A stretch of 64,000 nucleotides of DNA from Candidatus Sumerlaeota bacterium (GCA_007132905.1 SLNR01000020.1:5859-69858), one strand, 5' to 3'; positions 1 through 9,463 are shown, counted from the stretch's first letter. Program-made: numbers and translations. Notes: generated by a model not told the origin, from the sequence alone.

Positions 1-1
1 C

Positions 2-487
2 AAACTTCCTTTAGATGTTCATCTTATGATTGAACAACCCGAGCGATATTTTGATGAGTTTATTCAAGCAGGAGCAAGTGCGCTTTCTTTTCATGTAGAA
101 GCTTGCGTACATCTTCATAAGGCCATTCACGAGATAAAGGAAAAAGGCGTGAGAGCAGGTGTAGGTTTAAACCCGGGAACAGCGCTTACTTCGATTGAAT
201 ATATTTTGCCCGATCTTGATTTTGTGGTAGTCATGACGGTTAATCCCGGTTTTGGAGGTCAGGCATTTATCCCTTCGGTACTTTCGAAAATTGAAGAACT
301 GCGGCGTATGATTGATGAGCAAAACCTCCCTACCATCATTAGTGTCGACGGCGGGATAAACGAAAAAACAGCACCGTTGGTAAAAAAGGCCGGAGTGGAT
401 GTCATCGTCGCCGGCTCGGCTGTGTTTGGCCAAAAAGACAGGAAAAAAGCTGTGAATAAACTTCTCGGGAGGAGTCAAAAGGATTGA
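2..487 (+). CDS. rpe: ribulose-phosphate 3-epimerase, C-terminal part (5' end lies upstream of the window)
   Basis: The frame is open from position 2. The translation LDVHLMIEQPERY...VMTVNPGFGGQAFIP...SVDGGIN...AGSAVFG matches Rpe barrel motifs. Confidence 0.85.
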   Translation, partial: KLPLDVHLMIEQPERYFDEFIQAGASALSFHVEACVHLHKAIHEIKEKGVRAGVGLNPGTALTSIEYILPDLDFVVVMTVNPGFGGQAFIPSVLSKIEELRRMIDEQNLPTIISVDGGINEKTAPLVKKAGVDVIVAGSAVFGQKDRKKAVNKLLGRSQKD

Positions 488-686
488 AGGATATTACTGT
501 GAGGCAAACGACAGTTTTTATTTAAAATGAGCCGACCTGAGAGCTTTGCTTCAGGAATGGATAGCTGAAAGAAAGTTTTACTAATATGAAATTTCAAACT
601 CACAATTAGACAATGATCCCGGTTGGCTAAATACCTATGCGAGATACTACATAATTGTCTAGAGCTATTTTATTGGGGGTAGAGAA

Positions 687-1562
687 ATGAAGGATTATTT
701 GGTTCGAGCTATTATCGGTGAGGGGGATGCGAGGGTCCTGGCTGCGCGAACAACTCATCTAGTCGAGGAAGCTAGGGAAAAACATGACACAGCACATACG
801 GTGACGGCTGCCTTAGGCAGGTCATTGAGCGGCGCTGCTATGTTGGGTGCGCAGTTAAAGGAAGAGGGTATTGTTACAATTCGTATAGCAGGAGGCGGCC
901 CTATCAAGGGTATTATTGCCCAAGCAGACCATCAAGGGAATGTAAGAGGGTATGCTATTGAACCTCGTCTTTTTGTCCCTTTAAAAGAGGATGGGAAATT
1001 AGATGTGGGTGGTGCTGTTGGGGATCAAGGGAAACTTTATGTGACTTACGACTTGAAGCTCAAAGAACCTTACACGGGCGTTTCAGAGCTTATAAATGGT
1101 GAAATTGGTGAAGATTTGACATATTACCTCGCCCATTCCGAACAGATCCCCTCCGCAGTTTCTCTGGGTGTTTTAGTAGGACCGGCGGGTGAAGTGCGGG
1201 CGTCAGGTGGATTTATGGTTCAGATGATGCCGAAGGCAGAATCTTCTCTGGTGGAAGAAATAGAGAACCGGATTTCCAAAGCGGCTTTTATTAGTTCACT
1301 TATTGAAGAAGGATTAACGCCGGAAGAAATAACGGAAAAACTGTTTGGTGAATTCAAAGTACAATTTCTTGAAAAAAGGGAACTGAACTACCATTGTGGA
1401 TGTTCCCGGGATCGCATCACATCGATGCTGCTGAGTTTAGGGAAAGAGGAGCTGCAGGACATGCTCGAAGAAGATGGGGGCGCAGAAATACGCTGCCATT
1501 TTTGCGGGGAGAAAAATGTTTTCTCAGAAGAAGAAATAAGGGTATTGTTAAAAGAGTTTTAA
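687..1562 (+). CDS. hslO: Hsp33 redox-regulated chaperonin
   Basis: 291 aa. The C-terminal zinc/redox switch CGCSRDR...CHFCGEK is typical of Hsp33. A GGGGT RBS-like element precedes the ATG. Confidence 0.9.
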   Translation: MKDYLVRAIIGEGDARVLAARTTHLVEEAREKHDTAHTVTAALGRSLSGAAMLGAQLKEEGIVTIRIAGGGPIKGIIAQADHQGNVRGYAIEPRLFVPLKEDGKLDVGGAVGDQGKLYVTYDLKLKEPYTGVSELINGEIGEDLTYYLAHSEQIPSAVSLGVLVGPAGEVRASGGFMVQMMPKAESSLVEEIENRISKAAFISSLIEEGLTPEEITEKLFGEFKVQFLEKRELNYHCGCSRDRITSMLLSLGKEELQDMLEEDGGAEIRCHFCGEKNVFSEEEIRVLLKEF

Positions 1563-1639
1563 GTTTGGTTTGCAGCAAAGTGGAAATGAAAAAAAGGATC
1601 TGGTTTTATCCAAATCCTCAATACTCAGTCGTGAATAGA

Positions 1640-1840
1640 TTAGATGGCGCGTTCAACTTTTCCTCCGCGAAGGCAGCGAGTGCAAACTGTGATGCGCTTC
1701 GGTGCACCGTCAACCATTACTTTGACTTTTTGGATGTTGGGGGCCCAGGTCCTTTTGGTTTTAATGTTACTGTGACTTACTTTGTGGCCACTCTGGCGTT
1801 TTTTGTCGCATATTTGACATTTGGCTTTCAATTGCTCCAC
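1640..1840 (-). CDS. rpmB: 50S ribosomal protein L28 (zinc-ribbon C+ form)
   Basis: 66 aa. It has the SGHKVSHSNIKTKRTWAPNIQKV core of L28 and two CxxC pairs (CQIC, CTRC). Confidence 0.9.
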   Translation of the reverse strand: MEQLKAKCQICDKKRQSGHKVSHSNIKTKRTWAPNIQKVKVMVDGAPKRITVCTRCLRGGKVERAI

Positions 1841-1899
1841 CTCCCTGAAAAAAGGCTTTTCTAGTTATCATTAGAGATTATTGCAAGCTGCACTCCTGT

Positions 1900-1929
1900 A
1901 TTTTACCATACTTTTGCAAAATGGTGCAA
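1900..1929 (-). promoter_or_regulatory. putative sigmaA promoter of rpmB
   Basis: The minus strand reads TTGCAC-18 nt-TAAAAT with a TG extension (TGgTAAAAT), about 60 nt upstream of the rpmB start. Confidence 0.4.
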
Positions 1930-2068
1930 GATATCTTTTTGCGGACCCATAGGAGTGTCCGACTTTTCAAAAAGCAGCAGGAAATAGAGTCCGTTGGGCG
2001 AATGTGCATTTAGAAGGAAGGCATGGCTTGCAGGTGATCGTGTTTTTTCCGTTTGAGGGGGCACTTTT

Positions 2069-2431
2069 ATGAGCAAAGAAGTGGTAAATGAATTTGGAAA
2101 AATTGAAATATCAGAAGAAGTTCTGGCTACTATTGCCGGAGTAGCAGCTGTTGAATGCTACGGTATTGTCGGAATGGCATCCAAAAAATTAAAAGACGGT
2201 TTAGTGGAGCTTTTAGGGCGGGAGAATTTGAGCCGCGGGGTTAAGGTTTCGATCGAGGATGATAAAGTTGTGATTAACTTAAATATCATTGTCGGATACG
2301 GAGTAAGAATCAGCGAAGTGGCTTCCAATGTCCGCGATAAGGTTAAATACATGGTGGAAACAATGAGCGGCCTGCCGGTAAGCAGGGTGAATATTCATGT
2401 GCGCGGCGTGAAGGTAAGTAATGGAAAGTAA
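2069..2431 (+). CDS. Asp23/Gls24 family alkaline-shock protein (YloU-like)
   Basis: 120 aa. The G(K)IEISEEVLATIAG...ECYGIVGM pattern is typical of Asp23. The gene sits directly upstream of a DAK2 gene, as in yloU-yloV. Confidence 0.85.
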   Translation: MSKEVVNEFGKIEISEEVLATIAGVAAVECYGIVGMASKKLKDGLVELLGRENLSRGVKVSIEDDKVVINLNIIVGYGVRISEVASNVRDKVKYMVETMSGLPVSRVNIHVRGVKVSNGK

Positions 2432-4121
2432 GGGGCTGAATCAGGGGATGGAGTATATTAATGGGCCTGTCTTGAAAGAAATGATATCAGCTGGCGCAAA
2501 TAGGCTTGATTATCATAAGAAATTGGTCGACGAGCTGAATGTGTTTCCTGTTCCGGATGGCGACACGGGTACCAATATGTCGCTGACCATTTTTGCTGCG
2601 GTAAAGGAGATGGAAAAAGTTCGTTCCGACTCCCTCCACGCCGTAGCGGGGGCACTGTCTTCAGGGTCATTAATGGGAGCTAGGGGCAATTCGGGCGTTA
2701 TTTTGTCTCAAATCTTTCGAGGCTTTACTAAAAGCATTGGAGGCAAAAAACAGATCGGCAGTCAAGAATTCAGTTTAGCCCTACAAGAAGGGGCCAACAC
2801 TGCCTACCGTGCTGTGATGAAACCGGTGGAAGGAACGATTTTGACGGTGGCGCGCGAGATAGCCAAGGCTGCCGAAAACGCATCGAAAGAAACAAAGAGT
2901 ATTGAAGTCATCCTAGAAAAAGCACTCGAAAAAGGACGTTTGACATTAGAAAAGACCCCGGAAATGCTTCCGGTGCTTAAGCAGGCCGGGGTGGTCGATG
3001 CTGGTGGGAAAGGGCTTATTTATATTCTTGAGGGAATGGCATCGACAGTGATGGAACAAGAAATACCTGCGGTCCTCGAGGAGGATCGTGTGGATGTTGT
3101 TCACGAGGTGATTGATGACGAGGAGAGTTTAAAAAAAGAGCTTATATACCCTTACTGCACTGAGCTGCTGCTTTACAGTTCTAACGGACAGCTGCTTTCA
3201 GAAACAAAGATTCGCAAAGAGCTAGATCGCTTAGGTGACTCCATGCTGGTGGTGGGATCTAGTGACATGATCAAAATACACATCCATACAAACGAACCAG
3301 GTGAAGTACTCCTTCATTGCGGAAAAATGGGTGAAATGAGAGATATTAAGATCGACAACATGAATTATCAGCACAGAACATCAATCCTCGAAGAAGAACA
3401 GGACCTGCCGTCCAAAGAAGAAGAAGGAATTAGTGAGGATGCTGCAGGTGATGGACAAATAAAAAAAGAATATGGATTAGTGGCTGTTGCTGCCGGAGAA
3501 GGTTTGGCGGAAGTTTTCAAAAGTTTAGGAGTGGATGAAGTCGTGACCGGAGGACAAACCATGAATCCTAGCACCGAGGAATTAGCTTCGGCTGCAAGAA
3601 ATATTTCCTCCGAGAAAGTTGTGATTCTGCCGAATAACAGCAACATAATTTTAGCAGCCGAGCAGGTGAAAGATATCCTGGACAGACCTGTTTTTGTCAT
3701 CCCTACCTCCTCAATTCCGGAAGGGATCGCGGCTCTTTTGGTTTTTGATCCTGCGGGGGAACCTGAAAAGAACCAAGAGAACATGCTGGCAGCCTTTCAA
3801 AATACAAAAACAGGCGAAGTAACTTATGCCGTTCGTGATTCAGCGTTTAATGGGATCGAACTCCAAGAAGGAGACATATTGGGGATTTCGAATCGAGAAA
3901 TCGTAGTTTCTGGCAAAGATCCGGGCCAGGTAGTTCTTGATCTTCTGGGAACCATTGTGAAAGAGGAAGATAGCTTAATTACCCTTTATTATGGCGAAGA
4001 TATTGAAGAAGAAGCGGCGGATCAGTTGCAGGAGAAGGTGGAACAGAGTTACCCGGAAGTAGATGTGGAAGTGTATCAAGGGGGGCAGCCTCTGTATTAT
4101 TATTTCATTTCCGTAGAATAG
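2421..4121 (+). CDS. fakA: DAK2-domain protein YloV, the fatty acid kinase FakA family
   Basis: 566 aa. It has the LNVFPVPDGDTGTNM DAK2 phosphate-binding motif. It overlaps the Asp23 gene stop by 11 nt. Confidence 0.8.
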   Translation: MESKGLNQGMEYINGPVLKEMISAGANRLDYHKKLVDELNVFPVPDGDTGTNMSLTIFAAVKEMEKVRSDSLHAVAGALSSGSLMGARGNSGVILSQIFRGFTKSIGGKKQIGSQEFSLALQEGANTAYRAVMKPVEGTILTVAREIAKAAENASKETKSIEVILEKALEKGRLTLEKTPEMLPVLKQAGVVDAGGKGLIYILEGMASTVMEQEIPAVLEEDRVDVVHEVIDDEESLKKELIYPYCTELLLYSSNGQLLSETKIRKELDRLGDSMLVVGSSDMIKIHIHTNEPGEVLLHCGKMGEMRDIKIDNMNYQHRTSILEEEQDLPSKEEEGISEDAAGDGQIKKEYGLVAVAAGEGLAEVFKSLGVDEVVTGGQTMNPSTEELASAARNISSEKVVILPNNSNIILAAEQVKDILDRPVFVIPTSSIPEGIAALLVFDPAGEPEKNQENMLAAFQNTKTGEVTYAVRDSAFNGIELQEGDILGISNREIVVSGKDPGQVVLDLLGTIVKEEDSLITLYYGEDIEEEAADQLQEKVEQSYPEVDVEVYQGGQPLYYYFISVE

Positions 4122-4140
4122 CGTAAGGAGGGGTTTGTGA

Positions 4141-4533
4141 ATGAAAAGACTAGTTAAAGATGAGTCAGTGTGTGTTGAATGTCATCGATGCGAGGAGGCT
4201 TGTGCAGGAACATATTTTAAAACGAAAGATATTTCCAAAGCTCGCCTTCATGTAAAAAGAAACGAAGGCGAGAAGCCGGACATCACTATATGCACCCAAT
4301 GCGGGAAATGCATGGAAGTTTGTCCTGTCAAAGCTTTGGGCCGAAATAAGAACGGGGTCGTTATGGTTGATCAAAAAAAATGTGTGGGTTGTTTTATGTG
4401 TGTAGCGGCCTGTCCCCTTGATGCCATGATGTATAGCTCAGATGAGACAGAACCCTATAAATGCATTGCCTGCGGGATCTGTACCAAACAGTGTCCCACA
4501 GGAGCTGTAACCCTTCAGGAGGTGGAAGAATAA
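4141..4533 (+). CDS. polyferredoxin with four [4Fe-4S] cluster motifs
   Basis: 130 aa with four Cys motifs: CVECHRCEEAC, CTQCGKCMEVCP, CVGCFMCVAACP and CIACGICTKQCP. Its stop codon abuts the aor ATG. Confidence 0.85.
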   Translation: MKRLVKDESVCVECHRCEEACAGTYFKTKDISKARLHVKRNEGEKPDITICTQCGKCMEVCPVKALGRNKNGVVMVDQKKCVGCFMCVAACPLDAMMYSSDETEPYKCIACGICTKQCPTGAVTLQEVEE

Positions 4534-6678
4534 ATGGACAAAGTGCTTACTTTGAATCAACTTAAAAAGTATCGCTACGAGAAAAAACCTATTGAGCGCG
4601 GCTACAATGACAGAACACTATATGTAAATGTATCTGATCAGCGGATTGAAGAAAAAAAAGTAAGTGAAGAAATGAAAGAGAAGTTTACCGGAGGAAAAGG
4701 ATTTGGGCTAAAATTGTTGTGGGATGCGACCAAACCCGAAACCAAGTGGAATGATCCCGAAAATGAGATTATTATCTCCCCGGGACCGGTGGCAGGGATT
4801 ACTCAATATCCGGGTTCAGGGAAATCCTTGGTGGTTTCGCTGTCTCCGGCGACTAATGTTCCCATTGACAGCAATGTGGGGGGATATTTTGGTCCCTATA
4901 TGAAGTTCTCTGGATTTGATGCCTTGGAACTTCAGGGGAAAGCGGAAAAAGAAGTGGTGGTTTACATTGACGGCAATGAAGGCACCGTATCAATCGATGA
5001 GATTGAGATCGATACGGATGACGCTCATCTTATCTCAGAAAAACTAACAGAACACTACGCAAAAAATGAGGATGATAAGAGACATATCTCGGTAGTTACG
5101 ACCGGATCGGCCGCCGAGCATATTTATATGGGGATTCTAAACTTCAGCTTTTACGATGTGCGCCGCAAAGTTCCCCGCATGAAACAAGCGGGACGCGGGG
5201 GAATCGGTTCGGTTTTGGCTGATAAGAATGTCAAGGCGTTGGTCGTTAAGTTTGAAGGCACCAAGGGAGATTTAAATAATAGCTATGATTACGATAAGGT
5301 GTCTCGAACGGGTATTAAAATCCATCGCGAGATTAACAAATTAGACGACAAGCAGTTTCGTATGCGCCAAGTGGGAACCGCCAATATTATCGACACCATG
5401 GACCAATACGACCTGCTGCCGGTAATGAATTTCCAATATGGATCCCACCCTGATGTTAAAAAGATTTACAGTAATGTTTTTCGGGACAACTACTTAACAC
5501 AGGGAATACCCGATGGTTGCTGGTACGGTTGCTCTCTGGCCTGCGCCAAAACAGCCGATCACTTTGAGATCAAAACAGGGCCTTATAAAGGTTCTAAGGT
5601 AACAGTGGATGGTCCGGAATACGAAACAGCCGCGGGGGTAGGTTCGAATCTTGGCATATTTGATCCCCAATACGTACTCGAATGCAACTTCTACTGCGAT
5701 ACCTATGGGATTGATACCATATCCTTTGGAACAGCCGGTGCTTTTGCTATGGAATGTTACGAACGGGGTTTGATTACCAAAGAGCATACCGGCGGTCTTG
5801 AACTGAATTTTGGCAGCGCGGTGGTAGCTCTTGAACTTCTTCATCAAATGTCAAGAGGCGAAGGCTTTGGCGTCCTTGTCGGAAAAGGTGTAAGAAGAAT
5901 GAAAAAGCATTTTGCGGAGCATTTCGGGGCAGATCCTAAGCTCATGCAGGATATCGGGATGGAATTAAAAGGCTTGGAATACTCTGAGTATATGCCCAAA
6001 GAATCGCTAGCCCAGCAGGGAGGTTATGCTTTGGCGAATAAAGGGCCGCAGCACGATGAGGCATGGCTGATATTTATGGACTTGGTGAACAATCAGCTGC
6101 CTTCTTTCGAAGACAAAGCAGAAGCCCTCCACTATTTCCCAATTTTCCGCACCTGGTTCGGACTAGCTGGTTTTTGCAAGCTTCCCTGGAATGACATCAT
6201 GCCGGAAAACAATAAGTACCAGGAAGAGCCGGCTAAAATACCCGAGCATGTAGAAAACTATGTGAATCTGTTTACTGCCGTAACGGGCAAAGAGATCGAT
6301 AACAAAGAACTGATGCTTCAGTCCGAGCGGGTATACAACTTCCAAAGAGTGTTTAATTTGCGGCAGGGATACGGAAAACGTGAAGACGACATGCCTCCTT
6401 ACCGATCACTGGGTCCGGTTACAGTAGAAGAATACGAGTCAAGGACCGAACGGTATGATGGGCAGCTCAAAGAACTTTTGGATATTGATCCGGAAGGAAT
6501 GTCAACAGAGGAGAAAATGGCTAAGGTCCGAGAGTACCGGGAAAAGCAGTATGAGACGCTAGTTGACGCTGTATACAAACGTCGCGGCTGGAATGAAGAA
6601 GGAGTCCCGACGGCAGAGCATCTACAAGAAATTGGCATGGATCTTCCTGAAGTTTTGGCCGTGGTGAATAAGAAATGA
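4534..6678 (+). CDS. aor: aldehyde:ferredoxin oxidoreductase family protein (tungsten/molybdenum bis-pterin enzyme), long form
   Basis: 714 aa. It has the AOR N-domain (GGKGFG, SPGPVAG), the motifs DGPEYET and DTISFG, and a Cys cluster DGCWYGCSLAC. Confidence 0.9.
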   Translation: MDKVLTLNQLKKYRYEKKPIERGYNDRTLYVNVSDQRIEEKKVSEEMKEKFTGGKGFGLKLLWDATKPETKWNDPENEIIISPGPVAGITQYPGSGKSLVVSLSPATNVPIDSNVGGYFGPYMKFSGFDALELQGKAEKEVVVYIDGNEGTVSIDEIEIDTDDAHLISEKLTEHYAKNEDDKRHISVVTTGSAAEHIYMGILNFSFYDVRRKVPRMKQAGRGGIGSVLADKNVKALVVKFEGTKGDLNNSYDYDKVSRTGIKIHREINKLDDKQFRMRQVGTANIIDTMDQYDLLPVMNFQYGSHPDVKKIYSNVFRDNYLTQGIPDGCWYGCSLACAKTADHFEIKTGPYKGSKVTVDGPEYETAAGVGSNLGIFDPQYVLECNFYCDTYGIDTISFGTAGAFAMECYERGLITKEHTGGLELNFGSAVVALELLHQMSRGEGFGVLVGKGVRRMKKHFAEHFGADPKLMQDIGMELKGLEYSEYMPKESLAQQGGYALANKGPQHDEAWLIFMDLVNNQLPSFEDKAEALHYFPIFRTWFGLAGFCKLPWNDIMPENNKYQEEPAKIPEHVENYVNLFTAVTGKEIDNKELMLQSERVYNFQRVFNLRQGYGKREDDMPPYRSLGPVTVEEYESRTERYDGQLKELLDIDPEGMSTEEKMAKVREYREKQYETLVDAVYKRRGWNEEGVPTAEHLQEIGMDLPEVLAVVNKK

Positions 6679-6863
6679 TCACGGTAAACAATCGTCCGTT
6701 GGAGCACTTTGACGGAATGACGATTGAGGATATTTTGGAAATGAAAAATTATACCTATGAGGGTCTCATTATTCGAGTAAACGGGGCCCTCGTAGAAGAC
6801 CGTGATTATCAAGTCCAAGATGGCGATGATGTGAAAGTTATCCATATTTGCCAAGGAGGATGA
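6675..6863 (+). CDS. ThiS/MoaD-like small sulfur-carrier protein
   Basis: 62 aa ending in GG. It has the ThiS-like pattern (ITVNN...VNGALV...DGDDVKVIH..GG). Its ATG overlaps the aor TGA (ATGA). Confidence 0.65.
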   Translation: MITVNNRPLEHFDGMTIEDILEMKNYTYEGLIIRVNGALVEDRDYQVQDGDDVKVIHICQGG

Positions 6864-6895
6864 ATTTATCAGGAGGAGTGTGGGCGATGGTTAAA

Positions 6896-7735
6896 ATCGT
6901 TACTGACAGCACGGCCGATCTACCTAAAGATTTAGTTGATAAATATGAAATCCATGTCATTCCTTTAAATCTCTTTTTCGGCGAAGAAACTTTCAAAGAT
7001 GGGATTGATCTTTCTCCCGAAGCTTTTATTCAAAAACTAAAAGCTTCTGACAAGCTGCCAACAACTTCCCAGCCTTCGCCGGCTGATTTTGCCGAAATGT
7101 ATAAGGAGCTAATTGAAGACGGGAGCGAGGTTGTGTCAATTCACATTTCTTCAGAATTAAGCGGGACATACCAATCGGCTGTTTTAGGGCGCGAGATGCT
7201 TGATAATCCAGAAAAGGTGTTTGTCATGGACAGTCTTTCTGCCACGGTGGGATTGGGCCTTATGGCTATTGAGGCAGCCAAAGCAGCCGGCGAAGGAAAG
7301 CCGGGTGAGGCAGTCAAAGAGCTGGTGGAGAAAATGATTAAAGGAAGCCATTTATTTCTGTCCATAGAGACCTTGGAGTATCTTCAAAAAGGCGGGCGGA
7401 TTGGCCGGGCACAAGGGATGCTGGGTTCACTTTTGAATATTAAGCCGATCCTTTACCTTGATGAAAAGGGCGTAGTAAGTCCCGCGGAAAAAGTGCGCGG
7501 TCACAACAAAGCCATGAAGCGAATGGTGGATATTGGGCTTGAAAAAGTGGAGGATCCGCAAAAGGTAATTTTCGGCGTAGCCCATATTGGCTATGATAAA
7601 GGGGCTGAGGTTGTTGTGAACAAAGCCAAAGAGAAATATCCGGATGCGCAGTACATTGTGTATGAGGGAGGACCGGTCATTGGTACCCACGTCGGGCCGA
7701 AAACAGTAGGTTTTATCGTACAGAATATGAATTAG
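6896..7735 (+). CDS. DegV family fatty-acid-binding protein (FakB-like)
   Basis: The N-terminus MVKIVTDSTADLP and the motif LSGTYQSA are typical of DegV. An AGGAGG lies 10 nt upstream of ATG 6896. The track start at 6848 looks like an upstream over-extension. Confidence 0.85.
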   Translation: MVTDSTADLPKDLVDKYEIHVIPLNLFFGEETFKDGIDLSPEAFIQKLKASDKLPTTSQPSPADFAEMYKELIEDGSEVVSIHISSELSGTYQSAVLGREMLDNPEKVFVMDSLSATVGLGLMAIEAAKAAGEGKPGEAVKELVEKMIKGSHLFLSIETLEYLQKGGRIGRAQGMLGSLLNIKPILYLDEKGVVSPAEKVRGHNKAMKRMVDIGLEKVEDPQKVIFGVAHIGYDKGAEVVVNKAKEKYPDAQYIVYEGGPVIGTHVGPKTVGFIVQNMN

Positions 7736-7767
7736 TCGGTATGTGGGTAAAAGGTTTATTTATAAGA

Positions 7768-7795
7768 GAAAGGGCCTCCGACCGGAGGCCCTTTA
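7768..7795. terminator. bidirectional rho-independent terminator between degV and the chemoreceptor gene
   Basis: A GGGCCTC/GAGGCCC stem is flanked by an A-tract on one side and a T-tract on the other, between convergent genes. Confidence 0.6.
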
Positions 7796-7856
7796 TGCGT
7801 TTTCTTTGCGCCGGGGAGAGATTAAATGCTGCCGTGTTTTAATGATACAGTATGAG

Positions 7857-9389
7857 CTATAAAGAGAGATCACCACCTAAAACTCCGACAGTACTCCCGT
7901 TTTGTTTTACCGGAACAGAAACGGTGATGCATGGTTTGAAGTCGACAATGGAAACGTATGGTTCGGATTGATATGTTTGGCCGGCAATAGCTTCTCTAAA
8001 CCATGGCCGGTAAGTGTTCGCTGAATCCTTCTTCTGAGTTACATCATCAACCGTGACTGAATCAAAAGTATTCCCCACGGCAAACCCGTCACGGTCCATT
8101 ATATATAAGATACTGAAGGTGTCTTGAGCGGCAATTTCTTCTTTGAGTATCTTTGAAGTTTTGTCTCGGTCAAGTTTGCTTATATCAGGGTGTTGTGCAA
8201 GTTTTTGGAGCCACTCTTTGGCATTATTTAACGCATTGTCAAGGCTTTCATTTGTTTTGGAATAACTTCCGAATTCCTCGATTACCTCCATTTGGGTGGA
8301 GGAAATCTCTGATAATTCAGTTGAAGCCTCCGAGATGGATTGCATCCCGGCTGACTGCTGCTGTACGGAAGCAGCGATGGTACTGATTTTGTCGGCCGTA
8401 CTTTCCACGTTATCAATAATTCTGTTGGTAAGCGATATCACATTTTGACTGTCTTTTGCGGCCGACAAAGTAGAGTCTTTAATCTTTGTAAATACTTCTT
8501 TTGTACGATGAATAAAATCAAGGCCTTTGCCAGCTTCTGATAAGCTTTTATTCATAGCAGATACAGTTTCTTTAAGTCCTTCGTTTATGTTCTCAATGAG
8601 TGTTCCGATTTGGTTTGCCTGTTGATCGCTTTGTTCGGCGAGTTTTCTGACCTCATCGGCGACCACTGCGAAACCTTTTCCACTATCACCAGCGTGGGCA
8701 GCTTCAATCGTTGCGTTAAGAGCCAGAAAATGAGTCTCCTGGGAAATATTGGTGATAATGTCCGCTATTTTTCGAATCTCATCGGATTGTTGATTAAGTT
8801 GTTCTAATACCTCCGCGGAGGTTTCGATCGCGTTGTTGATTTCTTCCATCTGTTCTACGGAATAAGAGATTTCTCGATCGGCCGTATTTACAAGCCCTTG
8901 GTCGTTTGTTTCGGAATTGGAAATCTTGCCGATGGATTCTTTCAAAGAGGCCAAGGCCGACGATACGCTTTTGACGTCTGTTAGCTGTTGGTCAGTAGAA
9001 TAGGTTACTTTTTCTGAGGAAGATGCGATTTCCTCCAGTGCCTGAGCGGCTTGATGTATAATTTCTTCTAGCTGTTTGGCGGTGCTGATTGTTTTTTCTG
9101 CGGTAACTTGGCTTCGGCCGGTAAGTTTTTGAATCTTATCATAGAGGGAAAAATAAGCTTTTGAGATTCTTTTTTTCCGTCTTTTGCCTTTGTCGCCCGA
9201 CAAAGCAAGCAAGTTGCCTTGGAGTAGTTCAGCAATTAAGTTTTCGTTTTCTTCACGATATCTGCCCCATAACAACCAAACAAAGCTGCCGGCAGCAAAG
9301 CCGCAAGCTGCGCTCAAAAAAGCATTTGCCGACCACCAATACACGCCTGAATGAACCAAAACAGTAAAAACAATAGATAAAAATCCCAA
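7857..9389 (-). CDS. methyl-accepting chemotaxis protein with a C-terminal Cache-like domain
   Basis: 510 aa with two N-terminal TM helices and the MCP signalling hairpin ([36 protein letters not shown]). The start is TTG, with AGGAGGGG 8 nt upstream. Confidence 0.9.
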   Translation of the reverse strand: MGFLSIVFTVLVHSGVYWWSANAFLSAACGFAAGSFVWLLWGRYREENENLIAELLQGNLLALSGDKGKRRKKRISKAYFSLYDKIQKLTGRSQVTAEKTISTAKQLEEIIHQAAQALEEIASSSEKVTYSTDQQLTDVKSVSSALASLKESIGKISNSETNDQGLVNTADREISYSVEQMEEINNAIETSAEVLEQLNQQSDEIRKIADIITNISQETHFLALNATIEAAHAGDSGKGFAVVADEVRKLAEQSDQQANQIGTLIENINEGLKETVSAMNKSLSEAGKGLDFIHRTKEVFTKIKDSTLSAAKDSQNVISLTNRIIDNVESTADKISTIAASVQQQSAGMQSISEASTELSEISSTQMEVIEEFGSYSKTNESLDNALNNAKEWLQKLAQHPDISKLDRDKTSKILKEEIAAQDTFSILYIMDRDGFAVGNTFDSVTVDDVTQKKDSANTYRPWFREAIAGQTYQSEPYVSIVDFKPCITVSVPVKQNGSTVGVLGGDLSL

Positions 9390-9463
9390 ATAAAACCCCT
9401 CCTAAGAAGATGTATAAAATCCGGATGATTAAAAAGACGCAGCAGACAATGTCCATAAGGGGT

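Noticed and set aside
1394-1864. 156-aa plus-strand ORF overlapping the hslO end and the whole rpmB locus
   Set aside because: It is antisense to a clearly recognisable L28 gene and out of frame with the hslO C-terminus. It has no RBS and I recognise no protein pattern.
5636-5652. GGTTCGAATC, a tRNA T-loop-like string
   Set aside because: It lies inside the AOR reading frame. No acceptor, D or anticodon arms can be drawn around it. I found no tRNA genes in the window.
6848-6895. Upstream extension of the degV ORF (track start 6848), and similar long starts at 12581, 15284, 19913, 20457, 23545, 24750, 26903, 51100 and 54379
   Set aside because: In each case an internal start has a proper Shine-Dalgarno sequence and reproduces the canonical family N-terminus. 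The longer versions would overlap the upstream gene.
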